IMG/VR virus record: IMGVR_UViG_3300048919_000048
Span: 1-64,000 of that record
Source: a virus
DNA length: 64,000 bases
Reading direction: 5' to 3' (one strand)
A program made the translations under genes and the position numbers. Shown here piece after piece: positions 63,356 to 64,000 of this stretch. The first letter of the stretch is position 1, and every line of letters begins with the position of its first letter. Below the pieces are notes generated by a model. The model saw nothing but the letters and a program-made list of their open reading frames with translations, made no database searches and was not told the origin of the DNA.

Positions 63356-63591
63356 TGAAGCTGGTACTTGACCCAAGTATTCGCCCGGAGTTTGAGACTT
63401 ACCATGCCAAAATTGATGGTGGGGATCTTGGTGGGGAAACCGAAGTGTGGGTGTGCAAATCCTCCGCTTCTTTCGGGCTGAATCAAGGCGGAGAGGATGA
63501 TGGTTGCGACATCATTCTTCTCGACAAAGAGGGCCTCCTCAAACTGCAATCGTTGGTAAATCAAGCTGTTGAACTGTTGGAGAAGGACTGA
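63355..63591 (+). CDS. hypothetical protein
   Basis: TGATG coupling. Confidence 0.65.
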   Translation: MKLVLDPSIRPEFETYHAKIDGGDLGGETEVWVCKSSASFGLNQGGEDDGCDIILLDKEGLLKLQSLVNQAVELLEKD

Positions 63592-63836
63592 TGAAAAGGG
63601 CTTTTGGTATTCTGTTTGAACTTCTCGGGGTCGTTGCCCGTATGTGGTGGTTGGATCTGTCTTTCCACAAAGGCAAGCACAAGGATCGTGTTGAAGTCCT
63701 CCGGGCGCGTGGTAAAGATCTCGTTGAAGAGTTCCACACTCTGTCAGAAAAGCTCGACGAAGAGCACAAAGAGAGTGTTGATCGTTACCGCAAGGTTAAG
63801 GCAGAGATCGATAAACTTAATAAGAAGGGTAGTTAA
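63591..63836 (+). CDS. hypothetical protein
   Basis: TGATG coupling; coiled coil. Confidence 0.65.
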   Translation: MKRAFGILFELLGVVARMWWLDLSFHKGKHKDRVEVLRARGKDLVEEFHTLSEKLDEEHKESVDRYRKVKAEIDKLNKKGS

Positions 63837-64000
63837 ATGTTGAAGGTATTGTCGAAGTTTGCTAGAGTCATTCTTCTGCTGACGGCACTGATTGTCCTTA
63901 ACCCGCACAGGATTATCCTGATCCCGTTCAGCCTGCTCGCTGCCTTCGGTAGCTGGCTGGCATGGAAACTGGAGGACGGTTGCCAGTGGGTTGCTGACAA

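Noticed and set aside
1-64000. Pseudo-ToxI repeats as described for Pectobacterium phage phiTE, and tRNA genes
   Set aside because: No ToxI-like tandem repeat or cloverleaf seen by eye; BLAST and tRNAscan-SE would be needed to exclude them.

Overview
This 64 kb window is part of a large lytic enterobacterial phage genome. Gene order, gene content and roughly 50% GC suggest an rV5-like myovirus (Vequintavirinae, possibly Certrevirus-like); this is an inference, not a database result. No structural-gene block, tRNA, CRISPR array or integrase was seen. Layout: (1) 1-5914, rightward small hypothetical genes. (2) 5915-7620, 1.7 kb non-coding DNA carrying a near-perfect XerC/XerD dif-type site (6595-6622) abutting an array of Fur-box-like sites, plus a long hairpin. 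(3) 7621-19359, a leftward host-takeover-type island of about 34 small genes, most preceded by their own sigma70 promoter, often containing a GC-rich hairpin. (4) 19360-20260, a second non-coding block with four more Fur-like boxes and three 36-bp repeats. (5) 20261-30822, leftward genes including an AAA+ ATPase/VWA-peptidase pair, a YgiB homologue and an HD alarmone-hydrolase-like gene. (6) 30943-64000, the rightward early/replication operons: macrodomain, SleB, Pif1-like helicase, primase-helicase, C5 methyltransferase, HNH, GHKL ATPase, family A DNA polymerase and a 2OG-Fe(II) oxygenase-like gene. The best candidate for an undescribed system is non-coding: a phage Xer recombination site coupled to Fur-box arrays that bracket a cassette-like promoter/gene island. 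All counts and alignments were made by eye.
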